From: the human T2T-CHM13v2.0 reference genome, Homo sapiens | Assembly (NCBI RefSeq): GCF_009914755.1 | Contig: NC_060930.1 | Length of the DNA: 64,000 nt | Direction: 5' to 3' (one strand) | In this document: positions 27,973 through 42,936 of the stretch, in pieces | Position numbering within the stretch: the first letter of the stretch is position 1 | How the letters are laid out: each line of letters begins with the position of its first letter | The notes under the pieces: generated by a model | What the model was told of the DNA's origin: nothing | Databases searched by the model: none | What the model saw: the letters and a program-made list of their open reading frames with translations, nothing else | Translations under genes and position numbers: made by a program

Positions 27973-28339
27973 AATAAATGTTGATTTTCATCATTATTGT
28001 TATGAGCTAAAACACAGTATTAGTGGAACCAATCAAATTATTTTTGGAGCTGTCCTAATATATAAGAGCAAGAAGGAGACTTGATTAGATTAGAATCCTG
28101 CTGGGACAAGGCCTTTTTAGTCCCTAACCTGCTCCCTTGAAATTCAATCAGTTGAAATACAAATATACCTATACTCATTTTTGTAAACTGAAATTTTGCA
28201 ATAATTGATAATTGGGAAAGCTATTAGTTTTATATATAAAACAATTACTAAGAACTTTCAAATAGTTAAAAAGGGAAATAGAACAGACATATAATGAGAG
28301 AGTGTGTTAGCTAGTTCATGTTAGACATAGCATAATTTC

Positions 28340-29026
<687 letters not shown>

Positions 29027-29890
29027 CGCTACACATAATGAGAGGCTGCAGCCCCTTCCATGTATCCATTCATACCTTTATTCTACCATCCTCAGTCCTT
29101 TATACTATTATTAATAGGAATGCTAAGATAAACGCGATGGTCCCTGTCCACATAACCAGGTTTAGAGTTTCTTGAATTGGGGTAGGATGTGTGGAGACAG
29201 GGGGCCCGGAGCCAGGGGAGTCAGCCCTCGTCTGATTCCTGTTCAAGCTCCAGCAGCTGCAGGCCTCACACACGCTGCTCTTTGCTACCCACTGCTCTTT
29301 ATCTTCATCGCAGCCGTTTCTTTCTTTACACCTCACTCCTCTCCCTCTGCTCCTCTCAGCTCCCGTGGGAATGGGACACTCAGATGCGCACACACATGAC
29401 CACACACGAAGAGCTCACCTTCATCCTCCTCTAAACCAACCCCAAAGAGCTGGCTTCCTAACAGGCTAGTCCTTTGTGTGTGATGCTTTACTAAAAAGCA
29501 TCAGAGTGAGTCCTTTGTTTGAGGAATTGGTTTTTAAAAAGAAATTATCCCAGACAAACACGGACATTAATAGCTCTCTCTCCCCTCCCTCTCTCTCTCT
29601 CCTTCTCCTTTCCTTCTTCTCTCCCCTCCCCTGACTCTTTACAAAATTCTACAATCCACTTGTCTAACCCACATCAGTATCTAATAGCATAACATCACGG
29701 AGGAAAGTGATTTTTCATGTCCGCATCTGCTCTTTTACAATTCAGTTTCTTCCCCGCAGTTCTCAGGTGGAGAAAACTGGCCACTGCAACAAGCTCTAGG
29801 AACTCCCATATGTTTGCCTGTGGTTTGCAAATTAGCCTTCCTTCTTTTTTCCTATCGAATTAATACAATTCTTTCTATGTTTCTTTGGGG

Positions 29891-29920
29891 ATTTTTGCTT
29901 ATTTTTGCTTATTTTTGCTT
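29891..29920. repeat. Perfect tandem (ATTTTTGCTT)x3
   Basis: Seen directly. Confidence 0.9.
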
Positions 29921-32049
29921 CTTTATGCCCTTACCTCATTCTAATTAGGTTTTGAGGCAGTAAATAATTTCATATCTTTTCAATATTCTTATCTTCTAAA
30001 ACTTGTTTATGTTGGTCTTTTTAGAGCCCTCCTGCCCACCCCCACAAAAGGCCTTGGTATTCCATGAAATAAATAAAAACAGTGCTTTAAAGTATGGCAC
30101 GTGGAGTGAACAAAGAACCCTTGGTTTCTACTTGCTAGACTTTTATTTGTCCTCACACTGTATTCCCTGTCATAGTAACAGGACTACATTATTGATTCGT
30201 GTTCAACTTCCAGACTACCCCTCCATCCCTGTCTGTCATTCTTGTATTATCTGCAATTCCCAACAGAGCATTCATTTCACTGTCTTTCCTGTTATCCTGC
30301 AGTTTTTCATCTTGGATTCCATTCTACTTGCTTACTTGGCAAAGAAAAAAATATTAAGGATGGTTGTTTTTAGATTCTAAGTGAAATTGTGTAAGATGAT
30401 AGTTCTAGCCTCTTTTATTTTTTAGCTTATCTTATTCCCAAAAGTGAAAAATGTACCTGCTACTTACACCATAATTCTTTTAGTAGTGGTTACTTGGTCC
30501 AAATCAAATTTCCTTTGCCTTCAAAATAGCAAATACATCAAGAGCGTTGTTTCATTCTATATATTGAATTATAGAATATCCATATTTCCTGGCCCTGAAG
30601 ATTTCTTAATATTTGCAGGATCTGGTTCTAGAACACTATCGTTTCCTGACAACTCAGCTAAAGAAACATAAAAGGGCATAAGAATTTGGAGTCAGAAAAA
30701 GTTGCCTTTATACACTGTTTTTATTTTTAGCATTTTGATGCATAATGCCAATTTTAGTGTTACAGTTTTACAGTATCTAAATCTTACCGTTTTATAGTAT
30801 TTAAAAATGTAATTGACAGTTAAAATAACTTTTGCCATTTGATGAGTTTTTTAATGGAAAGCTAAATAATAGAAATATTCAAACCACATATAAAATAAAG
30901 ATACATTTTAAAAAGTAAATTAGGAAAGAAATGAAACCCAAGGCTTTAAATCTTTTTTAATAACCTTTATTGGAATGTCCTAACTAAATAAATATGTTTC
31001 CATTATAGAAAATATGACCATGTAGGTAAAGGCACAAAGAAGATATAAAATTATTTTAGTGAGTTTATTTTTTTATATCATTAATTTCTGGGATGTTTGT
31101 AATGTTTAAGACTCCTTCTTGCTCTTATTTTTCCTTTTCATGGTAACCTGCTTTTTCTTTTATGAAGGTCATATGTTCTCAATTCTCATTCTCAATACTC
31201 AGTGACAATGTTACCTGGATTTCTTTTCATTTTCTTAATGTCCACCACTGATTCTCTTTTCCTGAGGCAATGACTCTGATGGTCCAGCTAGATCTTCTAT
31301 ACTAACTCCTGATTCTCCTCAAATGCCTAGTGATTTTATGATGACTGTACATATTTACAGGTTTAATATTAGTAGCTGATATGGAATGGATTGCTCTGGT
31401 AACTGTAGAAATCATGAGGGTTAATTTCCCCAGGTTGGCCTACTCTGAAGTTGATTTTTATAGGAATGCAGGCCCTACCTCACCACTGCCTCTCAAAGCA
31501 GACAAAATCTGGGATTATATCATACATCCCAAGCCACAATCATGGCTCTTTCCCTGCCAGCTTCCAGGTAATTCTGATATAAAATTAGGGAATCCACAAT
31601 TTGCTGCAGAAGGTGGGAGCAGGATTATCCAATTTAACAAGCTACCGATTTACCATTATCACCTTCTCCCGTGATGTAAACTTGTGAGAGTCCCAGAAAA
31701 GCTAAAATTCTGTCAAGATGCCATAAATAAAAACCCATCGATCAGATATACTTTTAAGAAGAAACTAGAAAAGGTGACTACCAAGTGGAGAAGAGTACTT
31801 AACTCAACCTCACCTTCTCCAATTGTCATACCCCCATGTGTGGCACAATTAATTGACACCGGAAACTTGGAAAAAAAACATGTACTTGCCAGGAAGCCCT
31901 TTCTACTTTGACCTTCTATAAAGTTACACCAAAAACACCAGTATCAGGTATCACCAAATATGGGATCAACATGAAGCTCTATGATCACAGAGGGAAGAGA
32001 AATAGAAATTTTAGTTACGTGGACAAATAATTTTATCAAAATGGCAGGA

Positions 32050-32417
<368 letters not shown>

Positions 32418-32524
32418 TTATCTTTCATTGTATTGTTAGCCTAACTCTTCTTCCCTCTGGATCTCTGTACCCATTCTGATCTTAGCTTTGAAGAAACTTA
32501 AAGCAAAGCTTGCTTTCATCTGGC

Positions 32525-32720
32525 AGACACAGAGTATGAGTTAGGAACCTGATACATTTGGGTTTTCATAGTGGCTCCACCCCTTACAAACTGCATGACC
32601 TTAGGAAATTACCTAAACTCTCTCATCTTCGGTTTCCCCACCTGTGAAACATTAATGACAATGCCCAACGCATGGGCAGCACATTACCAAAGTACCAAGA
32701 GTAGGGGCCCAATTAATGAT
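32525..32720 (+). mobile_element. MIR
   Basis: ctgcatgaccttaggaaattacctaaactctct...ggtttccccacctgtgaaa. Confidence 0.7.
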
Positions 32721-33619
32721 ATGATGAGTAGGAATCCTCTAATTTTTAACTGGAGCCTTTAGAAATTTGAGAATTCTAGAAGTTCCTTTCATGTACAATA
32801 CCCTGCATGGGTGCTGGGAAGAACACAAAACCTCCAGTGTAATCACATACCTGCTCTCAAGGAAAGTACGCAAGCCCATCCTGATCAAAATGGAGCTCTG
32901 AATAGAATTGGCATAAAAGTCCCTTTTGCAAAGACAGCCCTCCTGGAGACAATGCTAAAGCTTAATCCCAAATCTTTTCTGTATTCCCTTGCAGGAGGCA
33001 AAGGCAGGTGGCAATTTCACTGAGCTCTGAAAGCCATTTAATCCCCTTCTGGAAAACATTTGAGTTTGCCTCACTTCATTGCCCAGGCTCCCCTCATGGG
33101 TATATGAGCATTCAAGGATATCTTCTCCTGGTTCTAAAAACTCCAGGGTCTAGAACTCACTAGAGCCTCCTTTGCCACGGGGGAAAATACCAATGATGTT
33201 TCCTTAAAGTTAGAATCCATTTCAGCAAGGTTGGATTTCTTACCATTACAAATAAGAAAGTTTTTATGCAGAATTAACTCAGGTATTCTACAGAACAAAG
33301 GTTAGTAAAAGGATTATAGGTTTCCTTCCTATTTTATATGTATGATTTTTTATTTTTAATTTAATATTGATTGTACTAAAACTAAACTCACCTGCATGCA
33401 CCAAAACATGAAATAAATGAAACCCAAATATAAGGTAAGAATTAACATTCACTTTTATTAATGACCTTCCTCCTATTTCCTTGACTCCAAAAAATATTTT
33501 TTCCTACAGCACCCTTTGCTATCAAATTGAGACCCTCCTACCAGGTTAAAGTCTGAATCAAAAATCCTCCCAGTACTGGTATTTGAGAGAGTTTTGCCTA
33601 GACTCACACTTTGTGGGGG

Positions 33620-34171
33620 TGATACAGGACAGACAAGCCCCTAAAATGGGGCTTAGTCCAGGAGGGTTCTTGGCTTCACCAGGGAAAGAATTCAAGGGTG
33701 AGCCAGAAGTGTTAGACAACAATCTTTTATTGAATGGCACTGCTCCTTGCAGAGCAGGGCAAACTCATGAGCAGTGCATCCAGAGTTGGCAATGTATGGG
33801 CTCTTGGCAAGTGTGTTTATACTCACTTATACCCACTTTCAATTATATGTAAATTAAGGGGTGGGTTAATGCAAATCAAGGAGTTGGTTATTTAGAACCT
33901 TCTAGAAAAGGATTAGTAACTTCCAGATCATTGCCATGGAAAGGGGTGGTAATTTCTGGGTCATTGCCATGGCATTTGTAAACTGTGATGGCGCTGTTGT
34001 GAGTGTCCCATGCTAATGAGTAATGAGAGCAGCCAGAGAGCACCCACATCACCATCTGCTGGTTTCTTCAGATTTCTTCACTTTATCCTGCCTGGAGCAG
34101 ACAGGTCCATAATGCTTCTTTGGTCATCAGGGTTATGACCAGAAAGCAAGTCCTGCCAATCTCCCATTTCA
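33620..34171 (-). mobile_element. ERV1 MER4-group solo LTR (MER66-like)
   Basis: TG...CA termini (tgatac...atttca); antisense poly(A) signal ttttattg; 4-bp flanks gggg/gagg; subfamily tentative. Confidence 0.8.
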
Positions 34172-35589
34172 GAGGGACAGGCGATTTCAGGGAAGTAGAT
34201 GTCTCCTCCTACGGGGTTGGCCTGCCTGTGTTACCAGGAAAAGCAGCACTGAAGCACCCCTTGTTGATGGCTGAGGGCGGATCTGCATGGGGAGGCCACT
34301 GATGTTACTTTATCCATGATGTAGGCACTTTCAGATTTGCACACTTCAGAAAGCATGCTCATATTTTGATGAAAAGTCCCGTGTCTTCTGGTTGCCCTCG
34401 TCACAAAACAAATACAGCTGTGAAAGCACAGATGGGCAACAGCACAGGTAGAGTGTTTGTAATTGAAAGTGTTTACCTCTGAGGAGGGAAGGGCAGCAGT
34501 TACTAGTCCATGGGGCTCAGGACCCGGCTGAGGACACTCAAAAGCCTCCTACTCTGGGAAATCTATAGATTGAGGCAAATAATCAGAACCTTTTATCAAG
34601 CACATGGGAAAGGAGTGAGGCACTGTGAGCTCATCTGGAGCATGTGGTGGTCTGTGCCCACCCTGTTAGCTGGGGAACAGAACTGGAGGCAGAAGCTTGA
34701 GCTTGTTTCCACAGGAGCCCATAAGGAGGATCTGGACTGGGCAACTGCCTCTACTCCCCTCCCCTAGAGACAGTGGTTACTACACCCACAGGGGACTTCA
34801 GGGAAAATGGAGGTGGGAGTACAAGAAAGCTGCAGTGGTATGTAGTCTGGGTTCAGTTGATTGGTCAGTGCTAATGGTCAGATCAGATGTCCATGAAAAA
34901 AAAAAATGCCTGGCAGGAATTTTGTGATTTGTCCCCTCACAGGATAGATATAAGATGTTTCATAATGTACGTACTTATTTCATATACATAATTCACCTAT
35001 TTTTGATTTTTTTACACATTTTGGAGACCTAAACATTTCTTTTCGCTTTCCAGGAATGCTGGGACTTTGGTCAGAGGGTGTGCTGTGACATGGGGAGAGG
35101 CAGCCCAAATGCATTCTCTACATGTTGCCTTCTGTTTGTGGCAGATAGAGCACTGTGGGCCATCACCTTATGGGTTGAGGTAGGGCAGTTGGTGTAGAGC
35201 CATCGGTGGAGCCAGGGTTGAGGGCAGCTCGGAAAGAGGGAGTCTCTTGCAGTAGCAACTTTTGGAGAGCAGTACCAACATTGCCACAGAGAGTAAAGTG
35301 TGTGTGGAGTGGACATCAGTCGGCACAAAGAGCCATCAGGAGCAGTGGCTGCCTCAGAGCTGCTCTCATGGGTCTGTGGTCGCCATGTCTACTTCATTTC
35401 TCTTGTGCAGCCCACTGGCCACTCTCCTTGCATTCCCCAGACCCAGAAAGTGGCAGCCTGACTGGCTTGACCAATTATCACCCCTGCTATGGTGCACAGA
35501 ACCTTCACTTGGCCACCTCAGGTCATGGGCCAATGTTTGAATGAGAACACGGGCAATCCAAGGTACCCTGTGCAAAAACGGACACAGCA

Positions 35590-35917
35590 CTGCTCCTCTA
35601 CACTTCCCAGCCATTTCCGGTTAGGCGTGGCTGTGTGACCAGTTGTGCTACTGGGCTGTGAGGGGATGATGCTGCATGTCACTCCCGGGGAAGAGGTGAA
35701 AAGCCCATGAGTGGCATCCATTCTCTCTCCCTGCCTTAATAGCCAAAGGCATTCCACCCTTGCCAGAGATGCTGAGTGACAGCCGTGGGCAGAGTCCCCC
35801 AGCAATCACCATCACTGCAGTTTACAACAAATAGGTAACACGTGCAGGAAACGAACCTTTGGGAGCTCAGGGTGATTTGGTTACAGAAACATAACATCAG
35901 CTCTCCTACCTAATGCA
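35590..35917 (+). mobile_element. MLT1H/I-like LTR fragment
   Basis: tacacttcccagcc...ggctgtgtgaccagtt ... gatttggttacagaaacataac...cctaatgca. Confidence 0.65.
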
Positions 35918-36034
35918 TCCTGAAACCCAAACCCTTTTCCAGACTGAGAGAATTTCTGTTCCTTAGACCCCAAAGTCTAGGCCACCCACCCACAAATATG
36001 AGATGGCAGTCACAACTGTGCAGAAGTAACATTA

Positions 36035-36172
36035 ACCAAAATACACAGAAATGTTCATAAGGATTATCTCTGCATAGTGAGAGCATGGGCAGTTTTTATG
36101 CTCTATCTTCCTGTATTTTTCCAATTTTCTTCAATGTATATATATATATTCTTTTATAATCAGAAAATAATA
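36035..36172 (+). mobile_element. L1ME 3' end
   Basis: gaaatgttcataaggattatctctg...ttttataatcagaaaa. Confidence 0.6.
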
Positions 36173-36314
36173 TCAACATTATTTTTTAAAAATGAGTTTG
36201 TTGCATTGACCTCAGTAAAACATATTGGGACAGACAGGTGTTCCAAAAATGGTCCTTCATTGCCACGGACACAGTTTGCTTGCCCCTTCCCTGCCCTCTG
36301 GCTTCTGCCTCACA

Positions 36315-36821
36315 TTTCCTTGTAGCTGTGCTTACCAAGGTCACCCGTGACCTCCACAGGGCCTGGGCGCTCATCACCCCCAGTGTGCCACCTGCGCTAG
36401 ACCCTAGCTCCCTGAGGGAGGGCCAAGATGTTTCGAAACAAGGTGTCAGCAGGACGCACTCCCTCCCCAGACTGGGGTGTAGGGTGGGTAGAATCTGTCC
36501 CATGTCCCATGCCTGTCCCCTAGTTTCTGGTGACCTCCAGCATTCCTTGGCATTCTTCAGCTTGTCATCCCATCACTCCTATTTCCGTCTTCACATTGCC
36601 TTCTCTGTGTGTGTCTGTCTAAAACTCCCTCTGCCTCTCTTATGAGAATACCTGTGATTCTATTTAGGGCCCATCCAGATAATCCAGAACAAAGGCCTGT
36701 TCTCAAAGGCTTTCCCTTCATCACGTCTATTGCCATAGAAGATAACATTCATGGGCTCCGAAGACTAGGACACAGACACAGATTCTGGTGATGTGGGGTG
36801 GCCAGCACTCAGCCCATGACA
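36315..36821 (-). mobile_element. MLT1B/C LTR
   Basis: aaggtgtcagcaggac...tttagggcccatccagataatccag...ctcagcccatgaca. Confidence 0.8.
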
Positions 36822-39589
36822 CCTAGCATAAAATGAAATTAACATTCCATAATATTTATTAAATGGATCCATAAATTGCAAATAAGTGAATGACTCCTCA
36901 AAGGCTGACCTCCTCTGTGAAGTCTGGTTGATTCCTCCCTAGGCTGACTAGGCACATCTTATCTACTCCAAGCCCGCTGCGTGCGATTCGAGACCCAGGC
37001 TCCTGCTGACGTGCTGGAACTGTGGATTTACTTGATTGTCGCCTCCACACCCCATCTCTCCACCCCGTGCACTTCCTGGGGCAGAGACTGTGCGCCACAT
37101 TCCTACCTCTCTGCTCCCAGGCCCTCGCTCCCTCTCTGGCACGGAATTCAATGTTCGTTAAGCAAACAAGTGACCTCCTCCTAAATTAACTACAGGAAAT
37201 AAGAAAAACGATTGCTAAATTACCGCAAGCCTCCCTCTGAATTTCCCTGGCTTACAAAAACTATGTTTGATTGAGCTGCAACATGGGAAAGTGCTTCATT
37301 GTATCTAGAAAAGCTGCATTTGGACCTGACCCTATGGCCTTTGACCATCTAATACACATTTTTGGCACGGTGCTCTTTGGAAAGAGGGAGAGACTTTGTT
37401 TCCCTTTGTCTGGTAGGTTGTTTAATAAAGTCAGTGGCGTGCTGAGCAAATCCACACGGGCCTGCAGCCCTTTCTCTCAAGGCTGATGGGAGGATTAATC
37501 TCCATTGGTGATGCTTCTTTCTTTTGCAGTCAAGTCAGCGGGAGCTCCCAGCTCAGAGTGAATCTCACCAGATGGAAAGCTGGAGGTCTAGGAGTTGCCG
37601 AACATAGAATCAACACTATAATTATTAGTCACATTAAAGAATTAAAGTAGAGAGGCCTGCTATGGAAATCAGTATAAGGATAACTAATGGCAGAGAGGGT
37701 GTTAATGCATTAACATTAAAACCACTTTTCTCCTCATAAATGAATCAGAGATAATCCAGTAAAGTGGTATCTGTGCTTGTTTCAGGGACCTTGGTTCATC
37801 TCAGGCATTGTTCAAGATCTGCACTTCTGGTCAAGCTGATCTCCGTGTGATGTTAATGTTAGGAACTCGACCATAGATTGGCTTAAAGAGATATCGCTCC
37901 TCATATCAAATCTCAAATTTCATACTGGTGTGAGTTCTGACCATCTTTGAAACATATTAAGGCTCTAAATCATGAAAGAATGCTTTTGCAAGTGCACACA
38001 TTTGAGAACCCCCTCCCCTGCTGTAATTTTCAGTTGAGAACAGAATTGCCACATTTAGAGTGCTGACATTTGACAGTCTTACCTGCACCCTCTTTATCCA
38101 GACAGACATGACACAAATACACATTTGCTACTGACATGAAGGCTCCCCAAGGAGCCACCATGTTTACAGATCAAAGTGAAGGTCAGCACTCCTACCGTCA
38201 GGGGATCCAGAACCATTGGGAAGAAAACAGGAGCAAAATGACCTTTTAGCAATGAGGCAACTGGAAAGATCTGTGGTTGTCCTTGTGTGATGTGACAGCC
38301 AGGGCTTGCAGAGATCCAGGGAACACAGGACAGTGAGGAAAGAACCTGGTGGAGCCAAGGGGTGCTCCCCAGTGAATATGCCAGTCCCTGCAGACTCTGG
38401 GCTGGTCCTGAGATCCTGCCCTCTGCTGACAGGATGGTACCATCAAAGCACCTCGCATCGCTCAATGCAAGGGTGGCAAACCTTTCCCTGAGTTCCTCAC
38501 ATTTTCATTTCATGACTTTAGCTATTGCCTTCCTGCACGCTCTTTCTTTTCACAAAAGCTGTTATGATTTCCTATTGACTTCCTGTCTTTTGCTTCACCC
38601 ATCACAGTAGCAAGCCTTGAGCTGCCAACAGGAAAGAAAGTGACCTCCACTAATACATTTCTTCAAAACTAGTAATCAATTATGTTAGCCTAATTTTTTT
38701 AAAATAAGAATGTATACTCTTTTGCATATAAATAGAAAAAACTGGAAGAATGTACACCAAAATGTGGATGATGGTGTTCTGATTGGGAATAGGGGAAGAG
38801 AAAGAAAACAGATGCTTACTACACTTTGCTTTTGCTTGATTTTTTTTTTTTTGCAAGGATCCTACATTACTTTGGCAGTTTGAAGACATCAATAAAGACA
38901 TTTTTCTATTTTAAAAAAGAGCACAGCAAGTTTATTTTTGCTTCCTACTTTGTCAATGTGAAGCAGGAAGTCATTCTGAAATTGCAATTTGTGGAGAGAT
39001 GCGTGTGTTTTTGTTTGTGTGCATGCACTTGCATATCTCACAATAGAAAGCACACATGCACACAAGGAGTACAGAGAGAACAGTGCCACTTAGGGCTCTT
39101 GCCTTCCATCTGCAAGACTCTGAAGTGTGAATTCTCCATCTGCACTCCTCTGCCTGTGCATGAGAAACAGTCAACTCCTCTTTTTCCTCTCATAGCTGTG
39201 CAGCAGGGACCTTTGTGCCACCAGGGAGTAGGACTCCTTTCATGAATGCCAGGAATCTTCATGGAGAAGGTGGTACACTGTGCCTGAGCACCCAACACAT
39301 AACTAACAAAAAAAGATGGAATGAAGATGACCGATAGGAACATGCACACACAGATTCCACCAATCCACAAAACATATATAGGTAAATAAACATTAAAACA
39401 AGGATATGAGGAAAAGAGAAGGGATAGTGGGAATTATTAAAGTGACTGGAAATAGATAGAGCTGATCTAAAGATGCCTTGTGTTGAGGGGGATGAGAAGA
39501 GAGGAGGGAAAGAAGGGAGCAGAATCTCCTCTTCCTAACTTCTTGTCCTAAAATCATGGCTTAGAAATACAATAACTCTCCAAAAACAG

Positions 39590-41930
39590 TGGATACTTTT
39601 TGTTCCACCTTATAAATGCAGAGAGCTGGAGGCAGCATTCCAGCCACACTTACAATAAGAAATTCCAGCCACACTTACAACAAGAACAACTAGGATAAGA
39701 CACAAATGGAAACTTTTCCTGCACTCATCAGAGAACTGAGTTGGCAGGGCAAACACCCAACCTAAAATCTGAAAAGACAGGCACGTGCGGGGAGAAACCA
39801 AGCATTCGCTGACCTGGAGATATGTGGCCAAATAGCAAATAAGCTGATAAGATTTAGCTAAAATTTTAAGGAGTTACTAAGGGCCAAGTGTTGTCTAGCA
39901 AGACAGTGTGAAGGCCCTGGGGCCCACAGAGAGGGGTTCATGCCCTCTTGCCAGTTTTACTCTACAAACCTCACCTGACACTTGTTGGGAAAACCAAGGA
40001 GAATGCTGAAAAAGCCTCTATCCATGGTGCTGGCTCAGAGAAGGGAATAGCGGCCACTGATGAAACTTCACCCAGGCCCATTTTCCTCATCTCTCCTGTG
40101 AATGAAAGCTTTAATCTGCAGGAGGAAGAGCAATGAAAATGAACACCTAAACCACGGTAGAAACCTACTGCAGCAGTGAGAAGGGAACAGAATTTTTAAA
40201 GCTCTCCCACTAGGGGAATGGCAGGCTCATGTTCCAGGACAAGCACTAGCAGTGGAGGAAGGGCAGGAACACTTGTGAGGCCCACAGCCCCAACCCCCAG
40301 GCTCACAGAGCTTACCCACACCTGATACTAAATCAGAACATCAGAGAACAACCCAACACACACCCTTCCCCCCATACCACAGTAACAAGCACTAAGTTAA
40401 AATAACAGTGGAATACAACTGAAAGAAGTGCAGGTGACAGCCTGTCTCTGGAGAGTAGAAACAGGAAAGTCATCTGGAAAAATAGTAGCCCACATCCTAA
40501 AAACAAGTTACCATGAGAGAAATTTGAAACCTGTGGTACACTAAGGGTAACCCAGCCCAAGAAACTTCAAATTCAGCCCAACTCCTGACTAGATTAACAC
40601 AAACCCTCACACTAAAGGCCTAGAAGGAAAGATGTACTCATTTCCAAGCAAAAAATAATAATAATTACTTCAGTATCTTTTGTCCTATATCTCACTTATG
40701 GCTTCCATAAATATACGTAGAGAGAAAAAAAGCTTATGTATATATACATGGCATACCGAAAGGTAAGGAAAAACACACTCTGAAGAGACAAAATGATGAA
40801 CAGAAATAGTCTTAAGTATTACACAGATGGTGGAATTATCAGACAGAGAATTTAAAATAACAATGACTGATATGTTAAAGGTTCCAATCTGACACACAAG
40901 ATCACATAGATAATTTCAGCAGAGAGAAATTATACAGTAGAATCAAAATCAAATCAAATCAAACCCACAGTATTGTAACACACATAAAGAATGCCTTCAA
41001 CACAACATCCGAGAGCTGAGATCGTGTCAAATGGTCTAACATAGGTAAAATTGGAATCCCAAAAGTAGAAAATAGAAAAAATAGGGCAGAATAAATACTT
41101 GAAGAATATAATGGCTGAGAATTTTCTAAAATGAATGACATACACTAACTACAAATTTTTAAATCTCAGAAAACATCTAACAGAATAAATGCAAACACAA
41201 ATACATGCACGCACACACACTCCTCTGGGTTCATCCTATTAAAACTTCTGGAAACCAAAGACAAAGGCTATCTTGCAGGCAGCCATAAGAAAAAGACAAC
41301 TTACTGGCAGAGGAACAAATTAAAACTACATGAAATACCACTATGCACCTATCAGAATGACTAAAAAATAAGCTGACAACATGAAGTGCTGGTGAGGATG
41401 TACTGATATCCCACCAGCACTATATTGCTAGATATCCCACATCTACATATCTATCCTAGAGAAATAAACATGTATGTTCACACAAATGTTTGTCACAATT
41501 TTATTCATAATCACCAAAAACTCAGAACAATTTAAATGTCTTTCAATGAGTAAATGAATAAACACAATGTGTTACACCTATGCAAAGGAATTGCTTGAAT
41601 AAAAGGGGAGTGAACTATTGATACACACAATGGCACAGATGAATCTCTAAGTCATTATGCTGGACAAAAGAGCAGTCTCGAAGTTTACATATTATATGAT
41701 TCCATTTATATACCACTCTGGATAAGACAAAACTACAGTGATGGAGAATCAGTGGTTGCCAGGATGTGGTGGTTGGGGGTGTGTCACTACAAAAGGGTAC
41801 AAGGGATTTTTTTGGGTGATAGAACTGTTTTGTATCCAAATTGTGGTTATTTTTACATTAATCTATATGTGTTTAGACTTATAGAACTATTCTTATGCAA
41901 AAGTCAATTTTCCAGTATATTAATTTTTTT
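39590..41930 (+). mobile_element. Old L1 (L1MC/MD-type) 5' UTR/ORF1 remnants joined to a 3' end
   Basis: ORF1-like A-rich body (acagatggtggaattatcagacagagaatttaaaataac; aatggctgagaattttctaaa), then 3' UTR (gaatctctaagtcattatgctg...agtggttgccagg). Confidence 0.75.
39637..39686. repeat. 25-bp tandem duplication
   Basis: attccagccacacttacaa(t/c)aagaa x2, one mismatch. Confidence 0.9.
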
Positions 41931-42936
41931 ATATTTAATAACCAAAACAGAAATGAAGAAATGGATTGAGACGAAGAGACGCTGTGACATTTTATATCCA
42001 AGAAACTCATGTGGTTTGTTCTTCAATTATCTTTGGAGTAATTAATCTGGGTCCTGATTTTTTAATAGCATGGAGTCCTCTTGATTCCTGATAAGATTCT
42101 AATTATACACAAGGAGAGCTCCCTTTGCCTTGCTACCAGCTATCATGCAATTATGCATTGGGTCAGAGGTTTCCTCAGCAAAAGGGTGACATTCTAATGG
42201 TGTGACGGAGGCCCACCAACACCACAATAAATATACATATCATAAAGCTGAAAATTTCTGGCCCATTCTAATGCATTATTAATTTATGTTTTGTTCTTCT
42301 AATGTTTTTCTCTCTTGCTTCCAATCTAAGAATATCTAACAGATCTAATCTAACATTCTTTTATTAGCACTTGCTTCAAAGGAGATTGGAATAGGAACTG
42401 CAGAAGTAGCCTGAAGTCAGCCAGTCTTCCTGGCTTTGGTTTGCTAAAACCTAATCTAAATGAGGGGACTAGAATTAGGGTTAAGGATGAGTTGTTAGAA
42501 TTCCTTTGAAGGATAGCTGCATCCGGCAGAAGAGAAGGGGATACAAACTTTCAGGTCCCAACAAATGAAGACCCATAACCAACTGCCTTCCAGTGCTCTG
42601 GATTGAATCTGTGATAAACGGAAAAGCAAGATGTGCCTGGGAGGCAAATCCAACCTGGAGTTCCCAATCACAGCAAAGCTTCCGGACGGAAACAAATCAC
42701 TCTAATGAAAACAATGTCAGGGTGATGCCTAGGGCTCCCTGAATAGTTGCTTTACATGACTCTCCTGGAACCTTCACTCGTCCGAAAAGGGCCAGGAAGA
42801 GCACTAATAATGAACGATGGTAAATTTTCTGCCAGCCTAGCTAGGTGTGAACTGGAGTCAGACTCAGTCTCATTTAAAGAAAATGAAATATTGTCACATT
42901 TCTTGAATACACTCAATGCTATCAGGTTCCCACCCA

